NCBI RefSeq assembly: GCF_004010195.1
Contig: NC_057718.1
Coordinates: forward strand, 95,136,003 to 95,200,002
Length of the DNA stretch: 64,000 nucleotides
Direction: 5' to 3'
DNA from: Chiloscyllium plagiosum
Lineage: Eukaryota
A program made the position numbers and the translations under genes. This document shows positions 50,711 to 63,428 of this stretch, in pieces. Under the pieces are notes generated by a model. That model searched no databases. It was not told the DNA's origin and worked only from the letters and a program-made list of their open reading frames with translations. The first letter of the stretch is position 1. Each line of letters starts with the position of its first letter.

Positions 50711-51631
50711 TATTACATCTCTTCCATTGTTCAAGTTGTTAGCTATTTTTGAAACATTCAAGGAAAAATATTTTAAAATGATTTGACTATTAAGAATAGA
50801 TATTTACTACTTTAAAAAAAGTCAAGTATGCTTATATTTGACTCTCAATTTGTATATAATCAAATTTCATTTAAAACTAGAAGGAAACTGAATTCTGAGT
50901 CAATGCAACAACTTAAATGATGCCAATGTGATTTTGTTGGGAGTTGCTGTTCATACGTGAGCAAATGATCTATTTAGGAGATTATATGTAGAAATTCTAT
51001 TTCAGAAGGCACACAGCAATCTTAAGAGACAATGGAACAGATTTAACTTCCAGAAGTGGGTAATATCAGAATATTGTTGGACTGTCTAAACAACAGACTT
51101 TTTGTTGATTATGCAAGGTATAAACCATCTGATTTTTGTTTTCAATTGATAATTTTTTTAAAAAGTTGGATACACATCTTGCAAGTTGAACTACTGCTTG
51201 GTATTTATTGCATATTCTAAGAACAATGCAAATAGTTAGCACAGAGCATCAAATGTTGCGGCTGTCAAAAATCAACTCGTGCAAAGTGTTGGATTCAATA
51301 CGTGTAAAAGCCTTTTGAAAAATAGCATTGCAAAACAGAAAAGAACTTCACTCAAATTATGGGCAGTACATTTTGCAAGATATTCATAAAAGCATGCCAG
51401 TGATAAAATGTTATTTGTGTGGAGACTACTCCCATTGGCTATGCTCACTAATTGAAAAACTGATGCAGCAGCAATTTGGGCTGTTAATAATCAAATGCAT
51501 TGAATTCGGTCGCTTCATACAACTGCAGTCATTATTAAACATCCACACTTGCAATACACAATTTAAGAACTCAATCAACAAACAAAAATAAAAGAAGTAC
51601 CATTGTTTAGACACAGAACAGGAATTTGACA

Positions 51632-51960
51632 TAGAATCCTGACAACATGAAAGCAGGCCATTCAGCTACACTGACCCTCTGAAGAGCATCTCACTCAGAT
51701 CCATGCCATTCCTATGGCCCTGCATTCCCCATGGCAGTGTCACTCCCTCAATACTAAGGGCAATTTAGCATAGCCAATCCACCTAGCATGCACATCTTTG
51801 GGTTGTGGGAGAAAACCCGACCACTTGGAGGAAACCCATGCAGAAACGGGGAGAATATGCAAACTCCAGTCAGACAGACAGTCACCCAAGGGTGGAATCG
51901 AACTAAAGTCTTTGGTGCTGTGAGACAGTAGTGCTGATGACTGAGCCACCATGCTGCCCT
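51632..51960 (-). mobile_element. HE1-type SINE
   Basis: Ends in gagccaccatgctgccc, the reverse of the head. Confidence 0.88.
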
Positions 51961-52445
51961 GATGTCTGACAATGCAAACACAAAAGTACTGGCTGTTAAA
52001 ACAAACATGGGCAATGATTTATCCTATAAAGAAAGTACTCATGCGCTTAAAGAAAAAGGTGGAAAATAATCAAAAATAGCCATACTCAAACTAAGGGAAA
52101 AAAAAACTTTTTATTACGATTATTTATAGGAAAAGTTGACTCAGAATTTCATAGGACAAATAATTGGCCTGTACCAGATTATGCAGGGGAACCATTTACC
52201 AGTACTTAGTTCCCTATGATTCACAAGTATACATCTCCACCCAACAAGACTGTTGTGTAACTCCCTTCATACAAACTGGTCATACTAATTCAAGATTAAA
52301 CTGCTCACAAAAAACTGAAATAAACTTTGCCCCAAACTGAACTAGAAATTATTGGGAATATAGCATGTATTCCCTTTGTGATGCAGGCCAGCATTGCCAA
52401 TTGAGATTTCATTCAGGAGTTGTACAGTTGCTGTGAAATATTCAC

Positions 52446-52462
52446 TATATATATATATATAT
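52446..52462. repeat. (TA)n microsatellite just downstream of the coding exon 1 donor
   Basis: tatatatatatatatat. Confidence 0.9.
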
Positions 52463-52472
52463 TTATGAATAC

Positions 52473-52521
52473 CTGGAAGTGTACGTCCTTTTATTTTGAA
52501 AGTGACCTGTGAAGTGAACAT
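52473..52521 (-). CDS. GPCPD1: GPCPD1 coding exon 1 (MFTSQVTFKIKGRTLP/G); the exon probably starts at 52562 with 41 nt of 5' UTR
   Basis: ATG at 52521, 49 nt coding, donor CAG|GTATTC, upstream acceptor ttttactctag. Resembles the human N-terminus MTPSQVAFEIRGTLLPG as I recall it. Confidence 0.92.
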
Positions 52522-54384
52522 GATTGCCAACGATGAAGCTCTTATTGAATGGCTGACGTTACCTAGAGTAAAACACAAATTCATTTAATTGTTTAATTGT
52601 ATTAAACATATGAAACAGTGTACATTCTGCAGTAACAAATACAAATGAACTACTGCAGTAATTTACGATTTTTATAAAAAGGCACTAGAACCCAACATAT
52701 TTCATGATAAAATCCTCTACTGAAATATTCAAAGTCCATTCCAGGTTGCCACAGCTTTGAACTTTGCTCTCAGCTGTGCTACTGGGAAAGGTGTCAAACA
52801 GAGTAAGATTTCTCCCACAGTAAGCCACACTCATAAATAGCATAGCAGTAGCTTAAATGATGCTTTAGGATTTAAGAGCTCTCTAGTCAAGCAAAGCAAT
52901 ACAATACCAGTCAATTGACAATTTATCTTTCTCAAATCAAGAAATAATACACCCCTTGTTGAAATTGTCCACAATTTTTGAAGAATTAAACTTCAGAAGT
53001 TCTGATACATCACCTCAGCAAGCATGTAAAAGAAAACTTCCATGCAATTTCGGCTGCAATAGCAAAACTGTAACAGCCTTTACAAATCCAACAGCCAGTG
53101 CATCGACTCAAATGTTTGGAGATACTTACAAAGCAATTTCAGCTTTTTGGTTACTACAGCTGAGGAAATACAACTTCAAATTTGCAACGTAACCACAATC
53201 TGTGTGAAGTTGCGATTCAAACTGCAGTAAAGTACCACCACCTGCACAAAAGATAATGCATTCTAATGTCATTGCCAAATTGAGATAGGCAGATATCGAA
53301 GTACTGAAATGGTATTTGGTTGCTGTAATGCAAATGGCAGTGACCAGAGAGATATTTCTGTCTTTCCATACTTGCATTTTAATGCACTGCAATACAGTTC
53401 TTGAGCTTTAGGTTACAGCAGACCAGAGCTTCTCAAACTATGGGCTACAAACTCAAAGAGAGTTTGGGGTTGTGTACTCCAAAGCAGCAATGACTCCTCC
53501 AGAGTTTAGATGGATGCTAACAGTTGTAAAACCATTTTAAATCCTTTTTGTCTGATGGTGGACACAGTCCAACAGAGATCTTTGCAGTGCAAACAGAAGT
53601 TGCTGGAAAGGATCAGCATGTGCACCAACATCTGTGATGAGAAATCAAAGTTAATGCTGAGGTGATCTTTCCTCAGAACTCAGATTTCAGAGATAGTCAT
53701 GGGCAAATAGGGCTCTTGCACTTTTCAGCTAAATGCAATCCTTGTATTAGTAGTCAGCTTCATTTTTTCACTCCAGAATTCCCTGTATTACTCATCTTAC
53801 ATCGTAAGTCAATACATGGGATTAACAGGTGATATGGGTTGTGAAGATAACACTCGGGAGATTACATTACATTCTCAGAATGCATGGCAAGTGGAAAACA
53901 GAAATAGGTTGCCCAGTGAAAAGAATGAAGTATGAATCATAGGTAAAAGTTATAACATTGACTAATCTGTCAAGTAACTGCTCTAGCAGGAGTAATTGTT
54001 GCTAGTGAAAAACTGATACAAGAATTGAAAAAAAATACTTTTAAGGTCAAAAGAAGAAGGGACCAGCCAGTGCCTTGATATCCTGAAGTAAAGATTCAAT
54101 GTTAGGACCTTTACTATATATCATCAACTTGAATGAAAGTACCAATTTTGGAATTGGAATTTAGTGATGACACAATAATGGGTAGGGAATGAAGTTATCA
54201 TGAGGACATAACCTGTTTAAATTCCTTTTTTAAAATTCTCTAAATGAGTGATCAAAGAAACTGTAGAATGAAGCATAAATAGGAATCTTTGAACTTGGCG
54301 ACTTTGGCGACTAGTATATTATTTGAATGGCAAGAATTCTATACTGGAAGGATCTAGTACATGAATCACAAAAGGCTTTCTTTG

Positions 54385-54960
54385 TTCACTTCTGGGCATT
54401 GCTGACCAATATTTATTGCCTGTCCCTAGTTATTCTTAAGAAGATGGTGATAAGCTGCTTTCTTGAACCATTGGAGTCCATGTGATGTAGGTTGACACAC
54501 AATGCAGTCAGGGAGGAAATCCCTGGATTTTGAGCCAGAAACAGTGAAAGAGTATGTCTCCAAGTCAGAATGGTGAATGGCTCGGGAGGAAACTTGGAGG
54601 ATACGGTGCTCCATCTAGAAGAACGAGGGCAGGAGACAGGTGGTAAATGGTTGTGGACATGCAAGGTGTTATTTAAGAATCGTTGAAGAATTTCTGCAGT
54701 GCATCTTGTAGATAGTACATACTTGCTACTGAGCAGTAGTGGAAGGAGTGGATGCTTGTAGATATGGTGCCAATCAACAGGCTGCTTTGTTCTGCGGGGT
54801 GTTAAGTTCTTTCAGTGTTGTTGGAATTGCACTAATGCAGGCAAGCAGGGAATATTCTATCAAACTCCTGACTTGTGCCTTGTGGATGGTGAACAGGTTT
54901 TGGGAATCAAGCGAGTTACTCACTATAGTATACTTAGCCTGACCTCCTCTTGGAGCCACA
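54385..54960 (-). mobile_element. LINE 3' fragment (CR1/L2-related), nested in an older plus-strand CR1 remnant (about 54020-55530)
   Basis: ORF TIHKAQVRSLIEYSLLACISA..LNTPQNKAAC and GLQWFKKAAYHHLLK, typical of a LINE RT C-terminus. Confidence 0.75.
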
Positions 54961-55637
54961 AGATGTGTATGTAATAGGTGGTTAGGTAAGCAAAAGGAAT
55001 TATGGTGGGGATGAAATATATAAGCAGAAAAATCTTGCTACAACTGTACATAGCCTTTAACCAGACCACATTTGGAGTACTTTATGAGATTTTGGTATCC
55101 TAAAACTGTTGCATCAAAAGCAATTTAGAGAAAGCTTACTCATCTAATTCCTGGGACAATGAAATGATTTCATGAGGAAAACTTCAGCTGTATCCAACTG
55201 GAATTTGGAAGAAAGAGATGATTTTATTGAAAGATAGGTAAGGACTCGACAAGGTGAATTCTGAGAGGATGCTTACCCTTGTCGGGAAGTTTAGATCTAA
55301 CAGACACAGCTTAAAAATATAGGATTTACCATTTAAAACACTGGTGACAATTTATTTTTTCTTCAAGAGATTCACAAGCCCATGTAATTTGTTGACTAAT
55401 CTAAAAGGAGTTATGAGGAATGATCAGCAACATAGAGTTGAGGACAGTATCAGATTAGCTACATATTATCTAATTGCAGAACAGACTCAGTGGACCAAAT
55501 GGCCTACACCTGCTCATAACTCTTGTGCTTTTGAGACACATTTTGGAATAAGACCTCAAATAGATGGAATGAACACAAATGCCATGCATATTTTTATGAA
55601 GTACAGGTATTTACTGTACCTTTAAGAGAGTGAAACC

Positions 55638-56214
55638 TGTCAAGGATTGACTGAAAGCACGAGTGTGCTGAACAATTTAAAAATGTAACAACTGGTTGTG
55701 AAACAAATAGCTGGAGCTGCGTTGCCATGGTATACAATAAATTCAAATTTGGCCCCAAGATAGCAAAGTCCAATCGAATTTGATGACATCAAACCAAATG
55801 AGACGGTCCAATGTTTTGGGGTATATAAAATCAGGTATTTTCAACAGTTGGGGAGAACACCACCAACTGATTGCTAGCAGAATAGCTCTCTGAAAGGTAC
55901 CTGTCTGTAAGAAATTTGTGCAGAAGACTGAAGAATAGATGACCTAGGAAAATCTACAGAGAAAAACCTACCCAGCTGGCTGGTTTTGAAATGTGATTTT
56001 TTAAAAATTGGACCAGTATTGTAGACGGAGGGGTAAAAAATAGGTTTGAGAGAAAGTAGTCGTAAATAGTTGTTGTCTAATGTTCTCTTTTGGACTTAAA
56101 GAATAATATTTGGGTTGTTCTTTGCCACATGAAATTTAACAGATTACAGTACGAGGTGAGCTTTTCGGTGTCTCTGCTGTAAATTAGCAGAAGGTTTTAC
56201 CCTGTGTCGTAACA
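55638..56214 (+). mobile_element. Possible solo LTR
   Basis: Ends gtgtcgtaaca, with internal CCAAT boxes and TATATAAA. No TSD found, so the left end is uncertain. Confidence 0.4.
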
Positions 56215-57779
56215 ATATATACACAGTAAACTAAACCTTGAAACCAGCAAATATTTTAGATCAACCGTTCATTTGTGTAGCCCCATTTTGGAATGAACCA
56301 GTCATCACTTAAATTCCATTAAATAATTTTGTTTTACATACTCAAAATGTTGACTGCCAAAACCAATGTGTAGTTCAACATTGTTCACTTGGCTTTGTGC
56401 ATACGCTGACCCCCAATTTTGGGAGGATTTTTGCAGGCTTAAAAGATAGATTTGCCTGTCGTAGCCTATATATATATTTTTTAAATTATTTTATTAATTA
56501 CACCAGCAGCAACAGCCTTATTCAAATTATACCGGCAAGTAGGCAAAAGATAATGTTAGCACAGGAATTCAACACTTCTGCATATTAACAAAGTTCTTTT
56601 AAAAAATTAAGTTGGAGCTGCAAATCTGGCAACTTTGCATTGTAATTTAGTCAGTATTAATCTTTAATCCAAACAGTGATTCCAATATAATAGAGAAAAA
56701 CTGCAAACTTTGAATTTACTCACGCCTGCTGCCCGTTGCAAGATAAGTCATGTTATAAGTCATCAGACCAATTCCAACATTTCACAATAATTTAAGTTCC
56801 AAACAAATTACGGTGAGCAACCAGAGAAAAATGAAATGAAACTCCCCAGATTAGGAAAGTTCCCTACTCACTATGTGATGACTTAACTTTGCAGTGGTAA
56901 TTAAAGTACACTGCTTCTTAAGTGCAGCATTGACAAGAGGCCCAAACTGAATGACAGGGCAGGACAAGGTTACATTATTTTTACCCATTAAAGAGTCAGG
57001 AGCAGTCATTGCTCATTTGTCATTCCATTTCAACATCCCTCATAATCACTTGGAGGAGCTGAAAGGCCTGGAGGTAAGGGATGCAAAGTTGATCTAAACA
57101 TTTGCAAAGTAACTTCTGTTGGAGGAGTTCAAGGGCATATGCAAACAATCATGCAGAAATGACTCATTTGGCAGATGAAGTTTCAGCCAGGCAGTGTAAA
57201 CATGGTATTTCTTGGCTGAAACATCAATAGTTGCAGTCTAACTATAGTTTAAAAGAAACAAAATATTCTTTGCAATTGTGCAGTATATATAAACATTTAG
57301 CACTTACTGCACACAGATGGACCTCTGCAATGTCATGCCGGTTTGTTGTCTCCGCTTATAGCTCTTAAACCTCCAGGCCTATATTAAAAATAAAGTGATT
57401 ATGTTTAAAATTAACATTAAGTATGGTATTAATATTACATAATTCAGAGCAGCATTAGATTTTGTTAAAGACACTGAACCAGGTTTACATTCCACTTGAC
57501 TACACAAATCAGCATAGCACTTACTCATTCTCACAAATAAAAAGGCCATTTGTAATCACAGCTGTGATGCAAGTGATTAATATCTATATATTAGATATTT
57601 CAGATAATTTAAAATTTTTCAAATAAACTAATTTATTCAAAAAAAATTAAATATTTATTGGATTTTGAATTCATGGCATGGGGGGGTTTAACGATTAATT
57701 TGTATAAATTTTCAAAAAATCATCATAAGACAGAGTTCTTGGGTCATTATGAGAATTTGCTTGCATTGGGAGCTTTATG

Positions 57780-58451
57780 AGCAAAAGACAGCAAATATTG
57801 AGAAGCATTAGCTTCCTTTCAGTTTAAAGGGATTAGGATTTTGCTTGCTGAGTGGACAAAATGCACAGCTTGGAAAACATGTGCATTCAATTTAGAGATC
57901 CTAGTGGAAAGTTAGCGATGTGAAGTAGTTTCCCCCCCACCAAAGAAAAAAAGAGCACACTTAGATTTGTTAGTTTACCTCAGTTTAAGGATTTCAGGTA
58001 AAAGGTTACCGCCAGAAGTGTTTGGCTAGAATCCTGAATGGTTTACTCAAAGCTTGTTCAAAGAAAGTCTAAGCTTGGTTGTCTAAATTATCAAGGAAAG
58101 GAATCAAGTCTCAAGATCAGAAACTAAAAGAAACAGCTCAGTTAAAACTACAGGTGCAACGGTTAAACAAAAACTCTGAAGTTTGAGTATTGCAAAATGA
58201 TAGTATTGGGATAGCTGGGATTGTATTATGCTTCAAAACACTTCAAAATTTGCTATATGTAAATAGCTTGCTTTTTCATCTTATCCTTAGCATAATAAAA
58301 TTATTTCACTGTTAAAACCAATTCTACATCATTATGCACTTGTGTTTCAGTGAAAGATCATTAAATAAACATTAAAAATATGATCTGTCAAACCAGATTT
58401 CAGTCTAGGATCTCACTTGTCCAACAGTAACATCAGCTGGGATCATCTACA
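57780..58451 (+). repeat. LTR-like repeat related to about 26430-27095
   Basis: Both end in agatttcagtct.g.atc...ttg.cc..cagtaa..acatcagct.g. Confidence 0.4.
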
Positions 58452-59130
58452 TTCAGTTAGCTAATGTTTCCATGCTTCAGTCTATCAACTGTGGTTCATC
58501 TAAGTATTGTAATTTTCACCACGAGGCACATTTTTTTCTAATCCCTCTTAGCTGCTCATTGACCCAGCCTTTTTGATCGTCCTTTCCAAATGTATCACAA
58601 ATGTCTACCCTGCACGTGCACAGCCTGCCTGCAGTCAACTGCCCTGTTTAAGCAAGCTCATGGCTGTCTGGTTTCAGTCTCCCTCATAACCAGAGATCCT
58701 TTTCAATTTCTCAGAAACTCAGTCACTACCGATTCCCAGAATTCTCCTTCAATTGTGAATACTTAAAGAAAACTTTGAGACAGTTAGACCAACCATCTGT
58801 AATACAGCTTGCACACCCTTTCCCATAAAGCAGAAAGAGTCCATCACATGGCAACTGGATTACTGGGAACTCAATAAAATGCAATATTGTTTACAGGGTT
58901 CTGGGACCTAAAAAGAGAGGTAGTGGTGGCGGTTAGTGGCAGTATTACCGCATTGTTAATCCAGAGACCAAGAGAACACTCTGGGTACCTGGATTCAAAT
59001 CCCTCTAGGATAGAACTGCACCAACCTCCACCTATTATTTATTTCTTAGACCAACCCCTCCCTCCCTCCACCCTTTCTCTTAGCTGTCATCAGTCAAGGA
59101 AGAGTATTTTTTAAAATAGGAAACTTTCAT

Positions 59131-59831
59131 CGAATCCTTACTGTGTTGAAGCAGGCTATTCAGCCCATCGAGTCCAAACAACCTTCCTGAGAGCATACCA
59201 CCCAGACTCTTCCCTCTAACTTATGGTTAGAACCATTTCCCATGGATAATCCACCTAGCCTGCACATTCCCTGGACACTATAGCAATTCAGCATATCCAA
59301 TTCACCTAACCTGCACATCTTTGGATTGTGGGAAAAAACCAGAGCATCTGGAGGAAACCCATGCAGACACGGGGAGAATGTGCAAACTCGACACAGACAG
59401 CCGCCTGAGGCTGGAATTGAACTCTGGTCCCTGGCACTGGAGAGGCATCAGTGCAAGCCACTGGGCTGCTGTGCCGCTCCAGGGAAATGGTTTTGATTTG
59501 CAGAATTGAGATATGGATTCAATTTGGGTGGAGGGAGGAAAAGGAAGAATTCACTGAAAAGAACAGAATCTCTACAGTGGGGAAGCAGGCCATTTGGCCC
59601 ATCGAGTCCACACCAACCCTCTTAAGAGCACCTCACCCAGACCCATTCCCCTTACCAATGGCTATACCTACTTCCCATGGCCAATCCACCTAAACCACAC
59701 ATCTTTGGACTGCTGGAGAAAACTGGAGCATCTGGAGGAAACCCACACAGGCACAAGGGGAATGTCTGTGTGGAGTCTGCAGAGTTGCTCAAGGGTGGAA
59801 TCGAACCCAGGTCCCTGGTGCAGTGAGGCAG
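59131..59831 (-). mobile_element. Two tandem HE1-type SINEs (about 59131-59478 and 59566-59831)
   Basis: Both carry gcatctggaggaaacccac/t blocks and tails. Confidence 0.85.
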
Positions 59832-60409
59832 CTGAAAGTGTTAACTCTGACTTCTCTTCACAAATCCTGCTGCTGAGCTTTTCCAGCAATTTCTGTTTTT
59901 TATCCCACTGGACAGCCAGCCACACTACTAACTTCCCTTCTTTAGTTCTGTGGAATTGTCCTTGCTTTTATCTACCAGAGGATAACCAGAGGATCTTCAC
60001 CAGCGGCTTCCCTTTCAATCTCCTCCCGAAAGATTGTTCTTTGAATTCCTTTTTTCTTGCCAGAGACAACAAAGCTTAGAGACCAATATCCACATTAAAA
60101 AAACTTTAAAAGGAAATGCTTAACTAACTTGCCATGTTTCTAATGTTTAGTACTGTCTGATTACTCACAACAACCTGTCTTGGATGACACCCAATTTGCT
60201 CTTGCTAATCAGCAGTAATACCAGCTTCATTACATCAGGGTCTTGCTGCAAACTCCAGATTTGTTTACAATGTAGGCATCCTGTTCGTCTCCAAGCTGAG
60301 TAATATCCTTTCCATCACATCAATATCACCTCGTCCCACCCTTGGCTCACCTGCTGAAATCCTTACCTGTATACCAAAAACACTGAAATGGACTACTTTA
60401 AAGCTCTTA

Positions 60410-62640
60410 TAAGGATATGAAATAGGAGCCAGTCCAATTGAGCTTGCTCCACCAGTGGGTCATGGGTGATCCAGTTGTGGTCTAAAAGGTAAAAACAATG
60501 ACTGCAGATGCTGGAAACCAGATTCTGGATTAGTGGTGCTGGAAGAGCAACTCCACTTTCCTATCTATGGTACAAGCTTCAACTCTCTGGCAGATTAAAA
60601 CTCTTTCTAATCTGGTCTTGAATATTCTTAATGGTCCAGTCTCAACTGCTTAAGATGGAAGTGAATTCCAAAAATGAAATCCTTGATAAGGCCTTAATGC
60701 AATGAGCAATGTGTTGCTTTTTTGTAGCAAGTGTTCCCTCTTATATATCATGTGCTCTGCAAAAAAGGTAAATTTCCAATTTACATCCTTAATTACTTAC
60801 CATACCTGCATGGCAACCTACTTGTGATACATGTACAAGAACACCCAGTTCCTTCTGTTCCATAGCAATATAGTCTCTATTTAAATAATACTATGCTTTG
60901 ATTATTCCTTAAAGTGAACACCTCATATTTTCTCACATTATAGTCCATCTCAAAATCTCTGCCAAGTCACCCAACCTATCTATATCCCTTCACTGAATCT
61001 GTGCCCTGCTCGTAACATGCTTTCTTACCTATCTTCAAATATTCAACAAACGTGGCTACAATGCAATCTGGTCTTTTGTCCAATTTAATATAGACAAACA
61101 ATTTGAGCACTGACTTCTGAGATGCTTCACTAGTTAGGTTTGCCAACCTGAAAATGATCCACTGAATTCTGAATCGTCCATTAGCCAATCTTCTATCCAC
61201 ACTAATGCGTCACCTTCAAAACCACAACCTCTGCAGCATTAATCTATTACGTGGTACCTAGCCAAATGTATTTTTTGGAAATATAAACACAAATTACTAC
61301 TGTAGGTAACCCTTTATTCATCCTGAAAGAACCTTAAAAACATCAAATATGATTTCCACGTTACAAAATCTTGACTTGCTAATTATGTTTGCAGTTTTAT
61401 AAATTTCTTGCTTCTATCTCTTAAACAATAGATTCTAGAATTTTATTCAATGCCAGATGTTAGGCTTATATAGTTTCCTGCCCTAGTGTCCCTTCTTTCC
61501 TGAATACTGGCGTTACATCCAAGCTATTCCATCCAATGGAACGTTTCTAGAACAGAGGATTTTTGGAATATCACAACTCATACACCTATAATCTTGCGTC
61601 CTCTTTTAAGACTCCTCTTGTCAGTCTTTAGTCCCATTAGTTTTCCTTGTACGTTTTCCTCTGGAGACTGAGATTAACTTAAGATTTTTCTTTTCTCCAG
61701 ATCCTACTTTTCCACTATTCTTGGGATGCTTTTGGTCATTGGTTGTATCCATGATAGATTGATTTTTCATAGACTAAGAAGTCAAGGGGGTTTCGGGGGT
61801 GGGGGAAAACAAAGAAAACCAGACTTAAGACCACAACCACAAATTTCAGTGAGTGGTGGAACAAACTCAAAAATCCAACACCCATTTCTGCTCTTTGTTT
61901 TTATACACTTGTTAGAAGTTTTATTTCTTAAAAGTTCTCTCATAATCCAATTTCTCTATTAGTCATCCTTTGTTGATTCTTAAGCTTTTTCCTCAAACTT
62001 CAGTCCCGCCATTAATCCTTTTCAGTATTGTATCTGATTTCTACCAACACGTTATCATCTATAACTTCCTCAGTAAGTTTCCAATAAAATTAAAAATCTT
62101 TGGATAGTGCAGTCTCTCTTCCTGAATGGAATACACCTTTGTTTAGGGTTATGAATTGCTTCCTAAAATACTTACCACTCCTCTACATTGTTTCTTTTGA
62201 AAATTATTCTTCCCATTCCACTTGACAACTTTTGCATTCATAATCTTGTAAATCGCTTTTAAGACAAGTTTCAGATACATACCTGTCTCAAAATAAATGT
62301 GATATCCTGACATGCTATGATCATTCTGACCAATAAGAATCTTCGTTATTAGGTAATGAATTAATCTTGCCCCATTGTACATTATTAGGTCTAAAACACC
62401 TAGTTCTATGTTTAGCTCCAAATTGTATTGTTTTAAGAAACTATTCAAAATACCAGGCTACCTAACCCATTTCAATTGCCCAAAATCTACATAAAAATTA
62501 AAATTTTTCCAAGTGTTGCAGTACCTTTCGTAAAAGTAATTATTTCTTGAATTATACAGTAGCAACACTGTCAAATGGTAAGATGGCCCAAAAACTACTT
62601 TCCAGTGAATTCTTGCTTTTCTTACTTCCACACAAATTAC
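60410..62640 (-). mobile_element. Old decayed CR1 LINE
   Basis: Tail gatatgaaataggagc; RT-like remnants in ORF 60976..61200. Confidence 0.6.
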
Positions 62641-62677
62641 ATCCATTTCTCAATTCTGCAAATTAAAGCCAGTTCCC

Positions 62678-63010
62678 TGGGATGGCACGGCAGCTCAGTG
62701 GTCAACACTGCTGCCTCACAGCACCAGGCAGCAGGGTTCAATTCCAGGCTCGGGCGACTATCTGTGTGGAGTTTGCACATTCTCCCTTTATCAGCATGGG
62801 TTTCTTCCGCGTGGTCTGGTTTCCTCCCATAGTCCAAAGATGTGCAGGTTAGGTGGATTGAATATGATAAATCACCCATAATGTCCAGGGATGTGCACGT
62901 TAAGCAGATTAGCCATGTGAAATGCAGGGTTATCGTGCAGGGGTGGAGAAGAGTTCAGGTGGATGTTCTTCGGACAGTCGGTGTGGACTTCTTGGGCCAT
63001 TCTCACTACA
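62678..63010 (+). mobile_element. HE1-type SINE
   Basis: gggatggcacggcagctcagtgg head, B-box gggttcaattcc. Confidence 0.88.
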
Positions 63011-63134
63011 GTACTGACTCACCCTTTACTAACAATGCTGCCTCATCTCTTTTACCTTTCTTCTGAAATTTCAAATAGCCTGGGAGCTTCTTATGTAACC
63101 CCGTCCATTAAAACTTCTAAGCCACATTTTAGAT

Positions 63135-63428
63135 TAGATTCCTTACAGTATGGAAACAGGCCCTTCGGCCCACCAAGTCCACACACACCCTCCGAAGAGT
63201 AACCCAACCAGACCCATTTTCCCTCTGACTAATGCACCTAACACTACGGGCAATTTAGCATGGTCAGTTGACCTAATCTGCACATCTTTGGACTGTGGGA
63301 GGAATCCTGAGCACCTGGAGGAAACCTATGCAGACACGGGGAGAATGTGCAAACTCCACACAGACAGTCGCCCGAGGCTAGAATTGAACCTGGGACCCTG
63401 GTGCTGCAAGGTAGCAGTGCTAACCACT
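63135..63428 (-). mobile_element. HE1-type SINE
   Basis: Reverse copy of the same family. Confidence 0.88.

Larger units (their letters stand above)
836..52562 (-). other. GPCPD1: GPCPD1 gene span, from the stop codon to the acceptor of the first coding exon; 19 coding exons, 689 aa
   Basis: Exons splice in phase with GT-AG borders. The protein follows vertebrate GPCPD1 in order: CBM20 (GEVFAVCGS..LGNW..KWETH), GWLTCQSEIRLRLHY, GDPD motifs VGHRG, ENTIASF, FVEFDVHLSKD..VYHD, FNIEIKW, FSSF, GLIYD. Confidence 0.97.
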
